Below, one piece after another: positions 25,000 to 38,131 of a DNA stretch of 64,000 bases. Location: contig NW_003314376.1 of the NCBI RefSeq assembly GCF_000143415.4, positions 124,001 through 188,000 on the forward strand, read 5' to 3'. The notes beneath the pieces were generated by a model. The model was not told the DNA's origin. It searched no databases and saw nothing but the letters and a program-made list of their open reading frames with translations. How positions within the stretch are numbered: position 1 is the stretch's first letter; each line of letters starts with the position of its first letter. The DNA is from Selaginella moellendorffii. Lineage: Eukaryota > Plantae > Lycopodiophyta. The position numbers were made by a program, and so were the translations under genes.

Positions 25000-27900
25000 C
25001 CTTTCCATATTCCAAGCACTCACATTGGTGGAGATGAGGGGCACCTTTGATTGTCCCTCAGGAGTGCTTGAATTTGGGATTTTGGTTTAAATCTAACTTT
25101 TTGCATTGTTTAGATTTAGCTTTTTTCCATTTATTTTTTTTTGTTCTTCCCTTTCAGGATTTTGGTTTAGATCTAGCTTTCTGCATTGTCTAGATCTCCC
25201 ATTTCCTTCTCATTTTTTGTCGTTTCTCTTCTTTTGCTCTTTCTTCGTCCGTCTTCATGGCAAATCAGCAATCTCCTCCTTTGACTTTAGAGCAGTAGTT
25301 GGTCCAATTGCTTGATGCTATGCGCTTGCAATTGAACAACCAAACTCAATTGATGGTGGCATTCATGGCACGTGGTCCAACTCCTTTTGCTCTTGGTGCC
25401 AATCCTCGCGTTTGGCCAGAGTTCTTTCATAGGAATCCTGGGGATGATGTGTACCATTGGTTCGATCACTTCACGGTGATTGCCACATATCATTCTTGGG
25501 ATGATGCTCGATGTTTGTGTGAGTTTCCCACGTGTCTCCAAGGGACGGCATTGCAGTGGTACAATAGATTGAGTGCAGCCACTCGTGAGGATTGGAGTGT
25601 TCTTCCGGACGTCTTCAAACGCACCTTCGGACATGCCGACGATTGTGATGATGCCTTCCAACAATTGCATCGTCTTCGCCAAGGGCCATCTGAGTCGGTG
25701 ATGCACTTGCTCCTGCCACCCTTGATGATGCTCTTCACTTGGCACAACATTATGAGACGTCGCCTCTTCCACTTCTTGCTGCACGTCCTTCCGCTCTACT
25801 TCCTATGAGTGATGGTCCTGTTCCAATGGAGGTTGATGCTGCTGCTACTCGAGTCCAAGGACACGAGCAAGGACATGGTCGTGGCCGTGATGTTCGTTGT
25901 TGGGCATGTGATGAAGTTGGTAATACTTATCGACGTTGTCGGTGCTTTCCGGATTGGTGACCTTCATTTCCTGGGTGGAGACCTTGGCGTCAACAATGTC
26001 CCGTTGGTGCTACTGCGGTGGAAGGTTTGGACACCGAGGTGCATCCGGGAAACAAGGAGTTGCGCGAGTAACGGAGGGACCTTGCGCAAATAAGTCAGTG
26101 ACCCCTCCATCTTTCTTTCGGGAGTATCATCAAGGGGTTCACTCGGCACCGGTTCATCCAGTGTTTACTTTCTAAGCTCGTTTTTATACCAAGAGGTCTC
26201 CTATTATTCTCTCCGTGTTGGTTGATATAGGTTCGAGTTTATCTTCTATTGCTCGACCTGTTGCCACACGTTGCCGTTTACACTTGTGTCGTGTGGTAGA
26301 ACCAGTTTTCATTCTTTATGGCAACGGCCGTACACATTCATGTGTATGGGATGAGGCAGACCTGGTTGTGCGTATGGGCGATCTTGAGCTTGAGTTGCAG
26401 TCATTGCGGGTGGTGCTGAGTCAAGCTTTTGACCTCATTCTTTGTATGGATTGGTTGCAGCGCAATCATGCCAAGTGTGATTTTGAAGCTTCTCCCCCTT
26501 GTCTCATACTTCCTTATGTTTCATCCATTCCTCTCACTTCTGTACCTCTTTGTCCCTCTACTTCTACCTCTGCTTCCATTACTTTTGTTTCTCCACTCTT
26601 TCCTCCTATGTTTCCATCTTGTTCTGCTCTTCCCTTTTCCGATCCTTCTGACAATCTTTATGTTGCAGCAGTTGACCGACTCATGAAGGAGTATTCTGAA
26701 ATCTTTGAGTTTGATCTATCGTCTAGAGCCAAGATTGCCACACGTCATCCGATTCCAACTGGGGATGCTCGTCCAATCAAGGTTCCTGTTCGTTGTCGGT
26801 CACCAAAGGAGATCAAGATTTTACGTGCAAATGTCACGGAGATGTTGGAGAAGGGTGTTATTCGGAATTCGCGGAGTCCTTGGGCATGTGAACCTCATCT
26901 TGTGACGAAGCCTGATGGGAGTATTCGTTTCTGCATCGACTATTGTCCGTTAAACGACGTAACAATCTCGGATGTGTACCCTCTTCCTCACACTGCTGAT
27001 CTTTTGGATCGTCTGGGGTGAAGTCGTTGGTTCACCAAGCTAGATCTTGCTTTTGGGTACTGGCAAGTACCGATGGCCAAAGAAGATATTCCTAAGATTG
27101 CTTTTCGTACACCATTTGGTTTGTATGAGTTCTTGGTGATGCCATTTGGTTTGAACAATGCTCCAGCAACTTTTCAACAGATGATGGACGAGGTTCTTTG
27201 CGATATGCTGGAGGTGACTGCTGACTTCATTGATGATGTCTTGATCCACTCGGAGGGGATGTGGGAGGAGCACGTTTGTGATGTTTATAAAGTGTTGGAT
27301 CAGCTACGTGACGTTGGTTTAAAATTGAAGTGGTTGAAGTGCGTGTTTGGATCCAAGGACACAACTTATCTTGGGTACCGTATTTCTCGTGAGGGTTTGC
27401 AAGTTGATCCTGACAAACTTGTGGCTGTTCTAAAGTTCCCTACTTCGAAGTGTGTGAATGATGTGCAGCGCTTCTTGGGCAAGGTGCAGTATCTCGGGCG
27501 TTTTGTGGATCATCTTTTTTATCGCACTGCACCATTGCGAGCATTGTTGAAATCATCAACGTCATCTTTTATTTGGTCTCTGGATTGTGAGCAGGCGTTT
27601 GGGGATCTCAAAGAGTTATTGACAACTCTTCCGGTTTTGGCATATCCTGACTACACTCGACTTTTTATTTTGCGCGTGGATGCTTCTAACATTGGTCTTG
27701 GAGGTGTGTTAATGCAAAAGAGCTCGAGTGTGCCTGGTCAGTGCCATCCCATTGCATATATAAGCCATACATTACAACCAGTGGAGATGAACTACTCCAC
27801 GATAGAGGAGTGTTTAGCAGCAGTCTGGGGTTTCGAGAAACTTCATGCATATCTACATGGTTCTTGGACATTACTTGAAGGTGACTATGCTGTTGTTACT

Positions 27901-29733
27901 TCGTTATTAAAGCGGAAAAACCTAGTTGGTCGTACTACTCGGTGGGCCTATAAGTTCAGATATATGATTTTTATGTTATTCACCGCCCAGGGAGTTCTAT
28001 GGCTGATGCTGATGCCCTTTCTCAAGCTCCTCTTCCTTCTTCACTCTCTTCTGATGTTTCTAATGAGCATGTTGTTCCAGCATCTGTGGATTTTCTAGAT
28101 GAGGATTTTGTGTCGTCAGCGGTTGCTGTACTTAATGTTTAGTGTCCACAAGGTGCAGAGCAAGATCTACCTTTGCTTGATGAGGTTCGCGAGGCTCAAA
28201 AGATTGAGCCATGGATTCGAAGACTTTGAGATGGGTTTGAGAGTCCTGCATCACTTGCTGATGACTTATCTTTCTGGCATTTACATTCTCAATATCGTCT
28301 TGAAGATGGCCTTCTTTATTTTGTGGGGATAGATCCTGATGATCATTTACGGCTGGTGGTGCCTTCTATCTTTATTCCGCGGTTTCTCCATGCCTACCAT
28401 GATTCTCCTGTTCTAGGTGGGCATATGGGACATCGTCGTGTAATCGAGAAGCTATGCAGGTCTTTTTATTAGCCGGAGATGCGACCTGATATTATCCGGT
28501 ATGTGCGTAGTTGCGTTTGGTGCCAAGCTCATAATACTCCCCCTCAAGCTACAGAAGGACAGTTGGAGTCAATTGCAGTTTCCTGTCCATTTGAGTTGGT
28601 GGCGTTTGATCTTATGGGACCTTTTCCATGGTCGACTGCTGGCAATGAGTATGTTATTATTGCTTCTAACTATTTGACTCGTTGGGTGGAAGTTGGTGTT
28701 CTTGCTAGCGCCTCTGCAACTACTGCTGGATACTTCCTCCTTAATCGAGTGGTGTTCCAGCATTCTTGTCTAGAGCGGATTCTTTCGGATAATGATCCCG
28801 CATTTATGGCTGAGGCATTTCATGTTTTGACGTCTCGGTTGGGGATTCGCCACACTTTCATGAGTGCTTATCATCCACAATCAGACGGTCTGGTGGAACG
28901 GCTCGTTTGGATGTTCAAGGGGATGATTGCGAAGTATGTGAACTTTCAGCATTCGGATTGGGATGGTTATTTGCCGTCTCTTTGGTATGCATATGTTACT
29001 GGGGTGCAGAGTTCTGTTGGTGCTTCACCATATAAACTCCTATATGGTCATGATCCAATATTACCAACGGAGCTAGGTTTATCTTCGCGATTGCCACGAG
29101 CTGTGGATGCTAGGTCATGGGATCAATATTTGACAAGCATTCTTCCACTTGTCCGAGCAGAGTCTACACTTAGGCCGCATACAAGTGGGACAACAACGGC
29201 GCTACAACTCCCATCATCGTCCACCTGCAAAGTACAAAGTGGATGATTTGGTGTTAATCCGTTTTCCCCATCTTACAATACGTGGTTTATCTAAGGGGCT
29301 CCTTACACAGTAGAAAGGACCATATCGGGTGTTGCGGCAAGTTGGACCACAAGTTTATGAGGTTCGGTATGACGTCCAATAGGCCGATCCTCCAGAGATT
29401 GTGCATGTGCAGCGGTTGAAACGCTTCATACATAGGGATCAGGAGCAGTTAATACCATCTACAAATCCGCCGATGCCTCCTCTTGATGTTCCTCCAGATC
29501 CCGGCCCATCTACAAGAGAACGCTAATGGTCTTCCATTATTCTGAGAGGAGGGGATGATGTGAGGGCCAAGTGTACGGCTACGATGCCATATACTAATAT
29601 TAGCGTAGTGGGATTTTGGTAGCCGTCAGATTGGTTTCAATCCAGACCACTTGCTCCTGTATATAAGCTAGGGTTTTTGAGCTAATTGATATGCACATTT
29701 CTGTATTCCCTTTCCATATTCCAAGCACTCACA
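25000..29733 (+). mobile_element. Near full-length decayed Ty3/gypsy retrotransposon, tRNA-Ala primed, no evident chromodomain
   Basis: 5' LTR remnant 25000-25024; PBS TGGTGGAGATG 25026-25036; gag with CWACDEVGNTYRRC; protease LVDIGSS; RT FIDD; RNase H; integrase and GPY motif; PPT 29544-29558; 175-bp 3' LTR 29559-29733. Multiple stops and frameshifts. Confidence 0.96.
26047..26108 (+). promoter_or_regulatory. Putative -1 ribosomal frameshift signal (G GGA AAC plus pseudoknot)
   Basis: Heptamer in the gag frame; the -1 frame equals the protease frame; stem 26060-68/26081-89; loop GGAGGG pairs with CCCTCC at 26103-08. Confidence 0.75.
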
Positions 29734-32700
29734 AAATTTTATATTCTATAGTATTATGGGGTTGCAATGCTCAATTCTTTTCCGGGGAACCTTGCTATTG
29801 CTCCTTGAGTAGCTTGGTGTTGGATTAGTGTTGAGTTTGGTCGAAAAGAGAGTGGCATGAGCTCGTCCGTGTTGTGAACAAAAGTTAGTGGTGTTGGGTG
29901 TTATAAAACTCTATCGGTGGAGTGTGGCATTTATGTTGCATTTTGTCGAATTGAGTTGGCACTTGATGCTCACATAAACCTTTGAAGTAATGACATTGGC
30001 ATTGTTCATATTGTTGCTTGATTGATGATCAAGTCATTGTGATACTTATATCATATCCATGTGATAATGAACAATGTGTTTACGAAGTTGCTTGGTTAAT
30101 GATGATCAACCCCAAAGTGGTTGATAGTGAAGCTAGTCTACTTGCAAGAAGTAGCATTGTAGTAGCTTTGACTGGATTCTCAATGGTGCTCCATTATGCT
30201 AAGCTTAAGTTGGTATGTTGTGTCCTTGAGGGTTTGCCCATAAAGGTGTTGGAAAAAAGATATAGCATTCATTTGCTATAGCTTGTCGAATCCGTTAACA
30301 CTTGGAGTAGATTGTTGGATGGAGAAGATGTGTAGTGGAAGCATTAGCATCGCTAGCACTTGTGTTAGTGAAAGTGGCATTGTTGTTCGAGTGATGAGGA
30401 ATTTTCCTTAGAGCTTGATTTTCCATGTCATTTTTTCTTGTTAGTGTTTTAGCTTCACATTGGATCTTGAAGGTGGTTGAAGAAGAGTGTTAGTGCAATG
30501 TGGACGTCCGAAGATGTGGTCTTCGTGATCAAGCTTTAGATGTTCATTTTTGCACTTTGCGGATATCAGTGTTAGATGTCGGAGATATGGGCAAAAAGAG
30601 ATGTTCGAGGCTTAAGCATACTATGGGTCTCGAGAATTTGTGTTGAGGTGAACATATGTGAAGTTGTTAGTAGGAGGAAGTTGGTTGAAGTCTTGAAAGT
30701 TTGCATTCCTGGACTGAGAGCCATTCTTTCTCTAGAATGGAAAATTTTTCACAAATTTTCTTAAACTTTTCCAATGGCTGATCTGTTATCACTTTGTTCG
30801 AAAACCATTCCGTTTTCGAAAGCCAATACAAACTAGTGAAGGGGTTGGAGTTGACTTCGGTTAGCTTAGACCTTAATAGGTAGTTTGTATAATGCGGCCC
30901 GAAAGGGATGATGACTTTTGGGGCTAAGGCAATTGAGTTGGATAGAGTCTGGAATTGGTGTAGGAAAGTGGCCGTTGCGCTTTTCTAAGAAGGGTGACCC
31001 TTGTACCTTTCTTTTGTAGCGTTATGCTTGGTGGTAGGTTGCACCTTGCATTACGTTAGACTCTATAAGAGTAGTGAGCTCTCATTGATCTTGACTTGGT
31101 CTTGGTAGCCCTATGCCTTGGCTAAGGATGGTGATGTCCAACTTAGTTGTTTGAGGTTGAGATGTTGGTACCCATACTATAGCTTTATCTATGAGGAGGT
31201 TGTGTACCAATATGAGTCCATCTCATGGTCTTCACTTTAGTTTCGACTGAGTGTTAATCATGCATAGCTAGCCTCTTCAAGGCATGCTCAAAGGTATTGG
31301 CTAAATGTTTTAGTGAGCTTATTGCGGTTGAGTTGGATTCGAGTGGTCATTTAGTTTGTGCTTGTCTATAAACTTTTATCTCGTACCTGGGGTATTATGT
31401 TCATGTTGGACAAGTATATAACTTGATGACAAGAGTTGGTGTTTGGGTCTTGTGAACGTAAGTTGAGGAGTGATTGTTAGTTGCTTTGCGACTAGTGATT
31501 ATTTGTAGACTTTATCAAGGACCGTTGACACTTGCTTTGCTCGATGATGATTTAGCAGTGATGGGCTTGCTTTACCGGATGGTGTTGCGGAGGATCGTGT
31601 CATTACGCTGGCATGGTTTTTCCATGTTGGCATGTCAATTTCTTTGTCGATATCATTTGGTTACATTTAGTCCGTAGTGTTGGATTTCATTGAGTCTTGG
31701 ATGTGGTGATTCACTCCTTGATGATGTGTTATCTGTAACTGAGTTTTGTTGGAGGATTGGTCTCGGATACTAACTAAAGTATCTTCGACTGTGGTTAGCT
31801 TGGTTGCTGGAGAGTTTTGAGTGGTGGTTCACTCGTGCTTTCTTCTAGCTTTGTTTTGGTGTTGATAGCATCGAAGTGATGCTTTGTCATTGACATTGTT
31901 GATATTGAGATCTGAGTGAAATGAGATGTCTCTCTATAGGATTGATATTGAGTTTCATTAGTCTTGATGAATATAGTGTTGATGATTTGGCTATAGCTTT
32001 GTGTTGTTGGCATTCGTGCATTTGCTAGTTAGCAACTGTGTTGACGTTCAAACGAACTGAGTGGCAAGTTGAGTTAGTTGTGTTCTAGACGAGATTATTT
32101 AGTAGAGGATTGAGCTTTAGCTTTTCCTTGAAAAGTGATTTAGTCGTGGATTATGCTAACTCTACAAGAGGAAGAGTTAGTGATCGATATTAGAATGTGA
32201 ATCCTTAATGGGATTTTAGTTGAAATATATCAATCATTGATGATTCTTCTTGTGCTTGCTATGAAGTGAGCTACGTCTTGCTATAGATGGATTCATGGAG
32301 GATCGTTTGGTGATCACTTGTTGAGCATAACTTTGCTATGTTTAGCTTTTGGATTGATGCAGAAATGCTCTTCATTAGCTTTGGCATTATAAAGTTTGGC
32401 TTATGGATGTATTGAAGAAGACATTGTGGGTTGCACCACGATTTCTTCTTTAGCATTGAAGTTAGCTTCTATGAGACTCATGATCATTATTAAGCAAGAC
32501 TTGGCTATAGGCTTCTTCGAGCTTTGGTTCTTTGAGTTTTATGCTCATTGTTCCATTTGTTAGAAATTGTTGGGGAAGGCATTTTGGCTTATTAGCTTCA
32601 ATGTTGAAGTTGGCTTTGCATCTAGCAATCATTGGTGATGATTGACTATCATCTAAGGTAGTTGATTGTCCTTATCACAAGTTTTGCTTGATTATTGTTG

Positions 32701-33349
32701 GTTTGGAATTATTTGCTATTCTTCGGGATGGTAGATTCTTTCTTCAACGATGATTATACATCACTACATTGATGGGCTAATTGACGATCTTTCATGATAG
32801 TTGGTTGTTCTCTTTGATGGCTTTTGGCTTTTCGCAATACCATATGTTCTTTGTGTTTTGCTCTGGATTGGTCTCTTGGGTTTGAGACATCAGTAGGATG
32901 TTGCTGACACTTGCTTAGGCAACTTGAGTTCCTTAGTGTTGTTGGCTGGGATCTATTTGGATTGGCTAGTGTAATAGTTGATATGAACAAGCGTTTGTTT
33001 GCTTTGCAACATTCATTTTGTTCTGTTGATTATTGCTCGAGTTAGTTCTCATAGATTAGAATGTTATTTCCTTCGGGTGATACGTTCGCGAGCATTGTGC
33101 TTGTTAGTCAATGATACTTTGTATTCTTTGAGTTGTGTTTTATGAGTTGTTTGGCATGCTATCTGCCATTTTCGGTAGTTAAGTTTTATCATTGACTTTC
33201 CTTGATGATCTACTTGCTATTGAATTTTGTTGGATGGTGATTCCTATGTTTATCAATTATGATGATCTTGGTGGTTCCTATGCTGTCATACTAGTTTATC
33301 AGATAATACATTACTTGGAATACTTTTGTGTTCTAACATAAGATTTAAG

Positions 33350-34495
33350 TGTCGCGAATGTGACTTCGGGTATCGAAAGTTACCTGTCGGCTAGTCCTTA
33401 CGGACACTCTTACCTTACTGCCACGATGGCAGGAGGTCGGTATTGCTGGACCCTTTATTAGTCCCTCTTGTTCAAGTGTTAGTAAACTGGACTTTGCATC
33501 TGTACTTGGCCGGATGAGCATAAGGAAGGAATTCCTAAGTGTCTATTTAGCTGAGCATACTCGGCCCGGCTTGTTAATTCTCTTTTGCTCTGTCTTGCAC
33601 TAGCTTGACAAGAACCCTCGCGTATTGAAATTGGTCCCTCAATATCGCTACATGATAGCTTACCGTGTCTGCCAAACACCCTTGCTATCATGCCCTCTGT
33701 GTTAGTCTCAATTTGTCCCAGATGCTATTTATGGAAAGTGTCCAGATTTGCTCATTTGGCATATCTACGGAATGTAGAGATTGTCCTGAACACAATGGTG
33801 TTCGTCCCGTGTCTAAATTCGCAATCTAGGGACATTCCATATTTAGTAAGTTTTGAGCTTGTCCCAGAGACTAACTCCTGATACTAAGGGAGGCTTGGGG
33901 TGAAAGCCCAAAGCGTGTGTTCCTCAAGAGGGGGGGGGATATGGGGGGTTCCAAATGTATAGTAGGGATAGGGGGTAGGTCGGGCATGGCCAACCAACCT
34001 GAGGCATAGTCTAGCTCTCGCTTGCGTGCCTGTCCTTGTTCTGCGTCCGGCTTGGGTCTAAGCCCAAGTTCCATTCCATGCTAGCTAGTGGAGTACCCAT
34101 GTCCTCACGTTAGGCCACCGGTATGCCGAAATAGCGCCAGACTCCATTTGGCTCCGTTTTGCGTGCTGGTCCTGGCATTAGGATGCTGGTTGCTCCAGGA
34201 TTGTTCCAAGTCGCTCCGGGCTCCTGTCCCTTCGCTCCTTGGGTTGTATGCTCGGGAGTTACTCTATGGTCCGGTTCCATCACTCCTTGGCTCCACGTTT
34301 GGGAGTTTGGCACCGTTCCTTCGTTCAGTGGCCCAAGGCCCTGAACCTCAGGTTCCTATGGACACGTGGCATGGACACGTGGCATGTGACATGTGGCATC
34401 TGTCACGTGGCACAAAGAGGGTTTAGGTTCCGCTTCATGGTGTTATCCTATGGTAAATTACCATAGGATAAAGGGTCAAAACCACGTGCGCTACA
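33350..34495 (+). mobile_element. 1146-bp LTR (TGTCGCG...GCTACA)
   Basis: Matches the split LTR at 55046-56163 plus 63394-63422. Confidence 0.9.
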
Positions 34496-34626
34496 TCATT
34501 ACAAGTATATAATTTTCAATTATGGAATTGATATTATAAATAAGACGATTTACAACATCACAATAAACTAATTCCCATACATATACTTCCTACATTTGGT
34601 GAGTCTTTAATCCCTTATAAACATAT

Positions 34627-36890
34627 TGTAAGGTTTGTAAATACATGTATGTATATATATGTATTACCCTAGCTAGGTAATACACTAATTATAGTATTAT
34701 AGCATATGATCTGTCCATTTGGGACCAAATCTGATCCATTCATTTTTATATATAAACATGGGTTTAAACCCTAATTAATATACCTATTCTTATATCTTGA
34801 GCACTCACATTAGTGGAAGTGAAAGGCACTGCAATTTATCCCTAAAGGGCAAAGCTTTTGATAGTGCTTTGCTCTAGTGTTTGGGATTGTGCTTTTTTTA
34901 TTATTATTTCTTCATTTTATTATAGATCTAGATCTGTATTAGCTTTTTGCAAGATTTAGAATTCTAGCTATCGTTGTGCTTAGATTTGCTCTTTCTTTTG
35001 ATCATCATCATTCTCTTCCTCTACCATGCCATGTCGTCATCTATCAAAAAGTATGTCACTTGAGGCTACTAATACTGCTCCATTGGATCTAACTTTTGGT
35101 GTTGTGGGGTGTGATCATATTGGTATTGTGCCATCCTTGATGTGTTGTTTGTTGGTCTCCAACTTTTGTGGGATGTGATTATATGGCTTATCCTGTTTTC
35201 AATGTTCTACCATCTTTTATTGATGTGGAGTGTGATCATGATATTGATTAGTGAGTTATGGATGATGCAATTTAATTCTTGGAGAATGTTTGAGGATCAA
35301 GTTTGTGTAAAGACAATGTGTATGAACTCGGGTGGATTCCAAAGTGTGATGATGAGCTTAATTATTATGGAGATAGTTTTGGAGATGAAGTGGAGGTTTT
35401 GCGAAGTAGGTATCAATATTTCAATCTGTTATCTAATCCTTTCTCTTTCCCTTCTACTCTTTCCCAATTATTTTTTTATTTTTCGGCCTGAGCCACCTTC
35501 TCAAGTTCCTAGTATTTCTTATTTATCTGTAGTGTTTTCTTTTTTTGGCATGTCGATCATTTATGACTCTCATGATTCTAATTCTTAATCCAATGTTGAG
35601 TTGAGTGTTTTCTATCCTCCTCATACTAATTTGGATATTGAGTGTATCCATGAAGTTGAGAATCTTGTTTTTGTTTCATTGGTAAAGTTTTTGATTAGTT
35701 CTGGTATTGAGTATTTCCTTGTTCCAAGGGTTGAGTCACTTTAGCTAGAGTTTTGGGTTGAATGCATGTCCCCACTTGTGAGTGCCACTGAGAGCCTTTG
35801 CTTTACTATTACTTATGAGGAGTTTATATATTCCCTTGAGAATGTGAATGTTGTTATTGACTTTCCCATATCAAGTATTAAGTTGTGTGTTCAAAAGGTT
35901 AAGTGGTGTGAATCTTTTGCTTATATTGTGGCTGAAATATTTTACAAAAGGAAATCCCCTATTGACCAAGCTTTAAGCATATATTCTTTTGATTTTCCAT
36001 TTTTGCATTGCCAATTGTTGCAAATTCCTCTTCCAATGCTTCTTTATTTACTTTTTCTTCTTTCATAATTGCTTTTACTCAATTTTTCTTGTTTTCTCCT
36101 TTTTGCCTTGACACTTCAAACTTTTTTTTCTTTAAAGGAGGGGGTAAAGGGGACAGATGGGAGTTTGGCCCCAATTATTGAGTGATGACGAGCAAATATG
36201 ATAATGGGGCGAGGACGAATGATATGGATTGTGGAGTGAGGACGAGCATAGTGACTTTGAATGAAACATCCAACCCCTACATAATGAGGCCGAATAGATG
36301 CGATAGTGGAGTGAGGTCGGACATAAATGGCAGAGTGAAGACGAACGCAATAAGTCCAAAAGGAGCTAATGTTTCAAAAAAAAAATTTCTTCAATGAGGG
36401 GATAAAGAGAATATGAAAGACGAATAGAGTAAGTCTGACCTCCCCAGTGCAAAGTTATAGTTGCATGGTTGGTTTGAGCATTTGGGAGTTGCATAAAGAG
36501 TTGCAACTGGTTCATCAAGATTCTATAGTGGGTTAATGATTATGCCATGGCTTTAAATTTTATTTTAGTCATGGTTATCAGCAACTTTATTGGTGATTTT
36601 GTGCAAGTTTCAGATTCTTGTGGTAATTTATAATTGCCCAACAGAAGCTCCAGATGTTCCACCTGACTTATTATTATCACCTTTTCATCTTTTAAAAGAG
36701 AGGATGGTGTAAAGTTTGTAAATACATATATGTATATATATGTATTACCCTAGCTAGGTAATACACTAATTATAGTAGAATAACATATTGACTGTCCATT
36801 TGGGACTAAATCTTATCCATCCATTTTTGTATATAAGTAGGGGCCTAAATTTTAATTAATATACCTATTCCTTTATTCTGAGCACCCACA
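34627..36890 (+). mobile_element. Full-length non-autonomous LTR element (LARD-like, 2.26 kb)
   Basis: LTRs 34627-34809 and 36708-36890; degenerate PBS tagtggaagtg at 34811; PPT aaaagagaggatgg; no gag or pol recognised. Confidence 0.82.
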
Positions 36891-37627
36891 ATATATATTA
36901 AGCTGTACATTCTTGAGGTCAGTAGGAAGGCATTGATTTGCTTGTTACAACTTACAAATTCCAAAGGCATTAGTTTGGTTTTGGTACAAGATCCAGGCAG
37001 GACAACATGCTTGGAATACAAGGAATGGAGAGAGGCCACCTTGAAACAAAATCCATCACCTAGTAAGCTTTTAATAATTGGTTTCTTTGGATTGATCAAG
37101 CATGCCCAATATCTCTATTTGTTTGTTCAGAAAAGCAAATGCACTTAAATTTTGAAAGAATGTGAAGGTGACGTTTCCAATTTTGAACTTTTGTAAGAAA
37201 AACAAGTTACTCATTTTAAAAGACTTTTAGCTTTGTTTACTAGCAAACCAAAATACCAATTAATATTAGTGTTTAGACAATTTGATTGGTACAGAAGACC
37301 ATACCAGTTGATTTATATTGTGTTGGTTTTACCAATTGCTTTACTCATCCTCTTGCATAACACTGCAAAGCAAAACACTATCCCTTTTCCTCCTCCTCTT
37401 GTGATTACTATTACTATAATATGTATTATTATTATAAGCATTAGTAACATTCTTCATGGTTGCCTGCAGATGCAGCTTCTTGGCTATAGAAACTTGCTGG
37501 AGATGGTGGGCTTTCCAAAGCTCATCTCTCAAAAGGCTCTTGAAATGCAACAAAAGCTGCCAGAATCTCCAAGGATGAGTATTAGAATGGTGAAGAGAAA
37601 AGTTTAGCATTTTTGTTTCTTTGCTAA

Positions 37628-37684
37628 GGGGAGATAGCTCAGATGGTAGAGCGCTCGCTTAGGGATCAATAACCAGCATCTCCA
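37628..37684 (+). pseudogene. tRNA-Ala pseudogene with 16-nt deletion
   Basis: Identical to 11988-12044. Confidence 0.88.
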
Positions 37685-38131
37685 AATATGTTTGATTATT
37701 GGATCGTTCCAGGCGTTTTGACCGATTTTACTGGTGTTGACCTCTGGGGGAGCTATGGATGGATGTTGCACCGTGAGACTGTCAACAGAGCAATGCATAG
37801 ATATTTATCTTGTGTTCTTTTTCCCACATTTTTGCAAACGAGTAAACAAGTTTCGTTCACTGGAAGTACATTAGGATTGAGCCTGGACATCAAATTAAAG
37901 ATGTTGAAATATTGAGCATTTCGTGATTGTGAGATTAAATCGCTGTTCACATCTAGGTTTGGGCTCTTTGGCATGCTCAGTTCAAGTCCGACAATCCACA
38001 GCGTCACAAGCTCTTGTTTTTTTCACAAAGCCAAAAGTACCTCTTTATTTTCTATTTTCTAAGTCAAGGGTTAGGTTATAATCTTTCTCGCTTGGATTTT
38101 TCTATTGTTCGAAGCTCTCGTCAGGTAAGCT

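Larger units (their letters stand above)
18427..34495 (+). mobile_element. 16-kb nested LTR retrotransposon complex with TCATT target-site duplication
   Basis: tcatt|TGTAACG at 18422-18433 and GCTACA|tcatt at 34490-34500. tRNA-Met PBS TGGTATCAGAGC at 18784-18795; 3' LTR 33350-34495. Rejoined flanks are colinear with the AT-rich block at 14770-14920. Confidence 0.8.
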
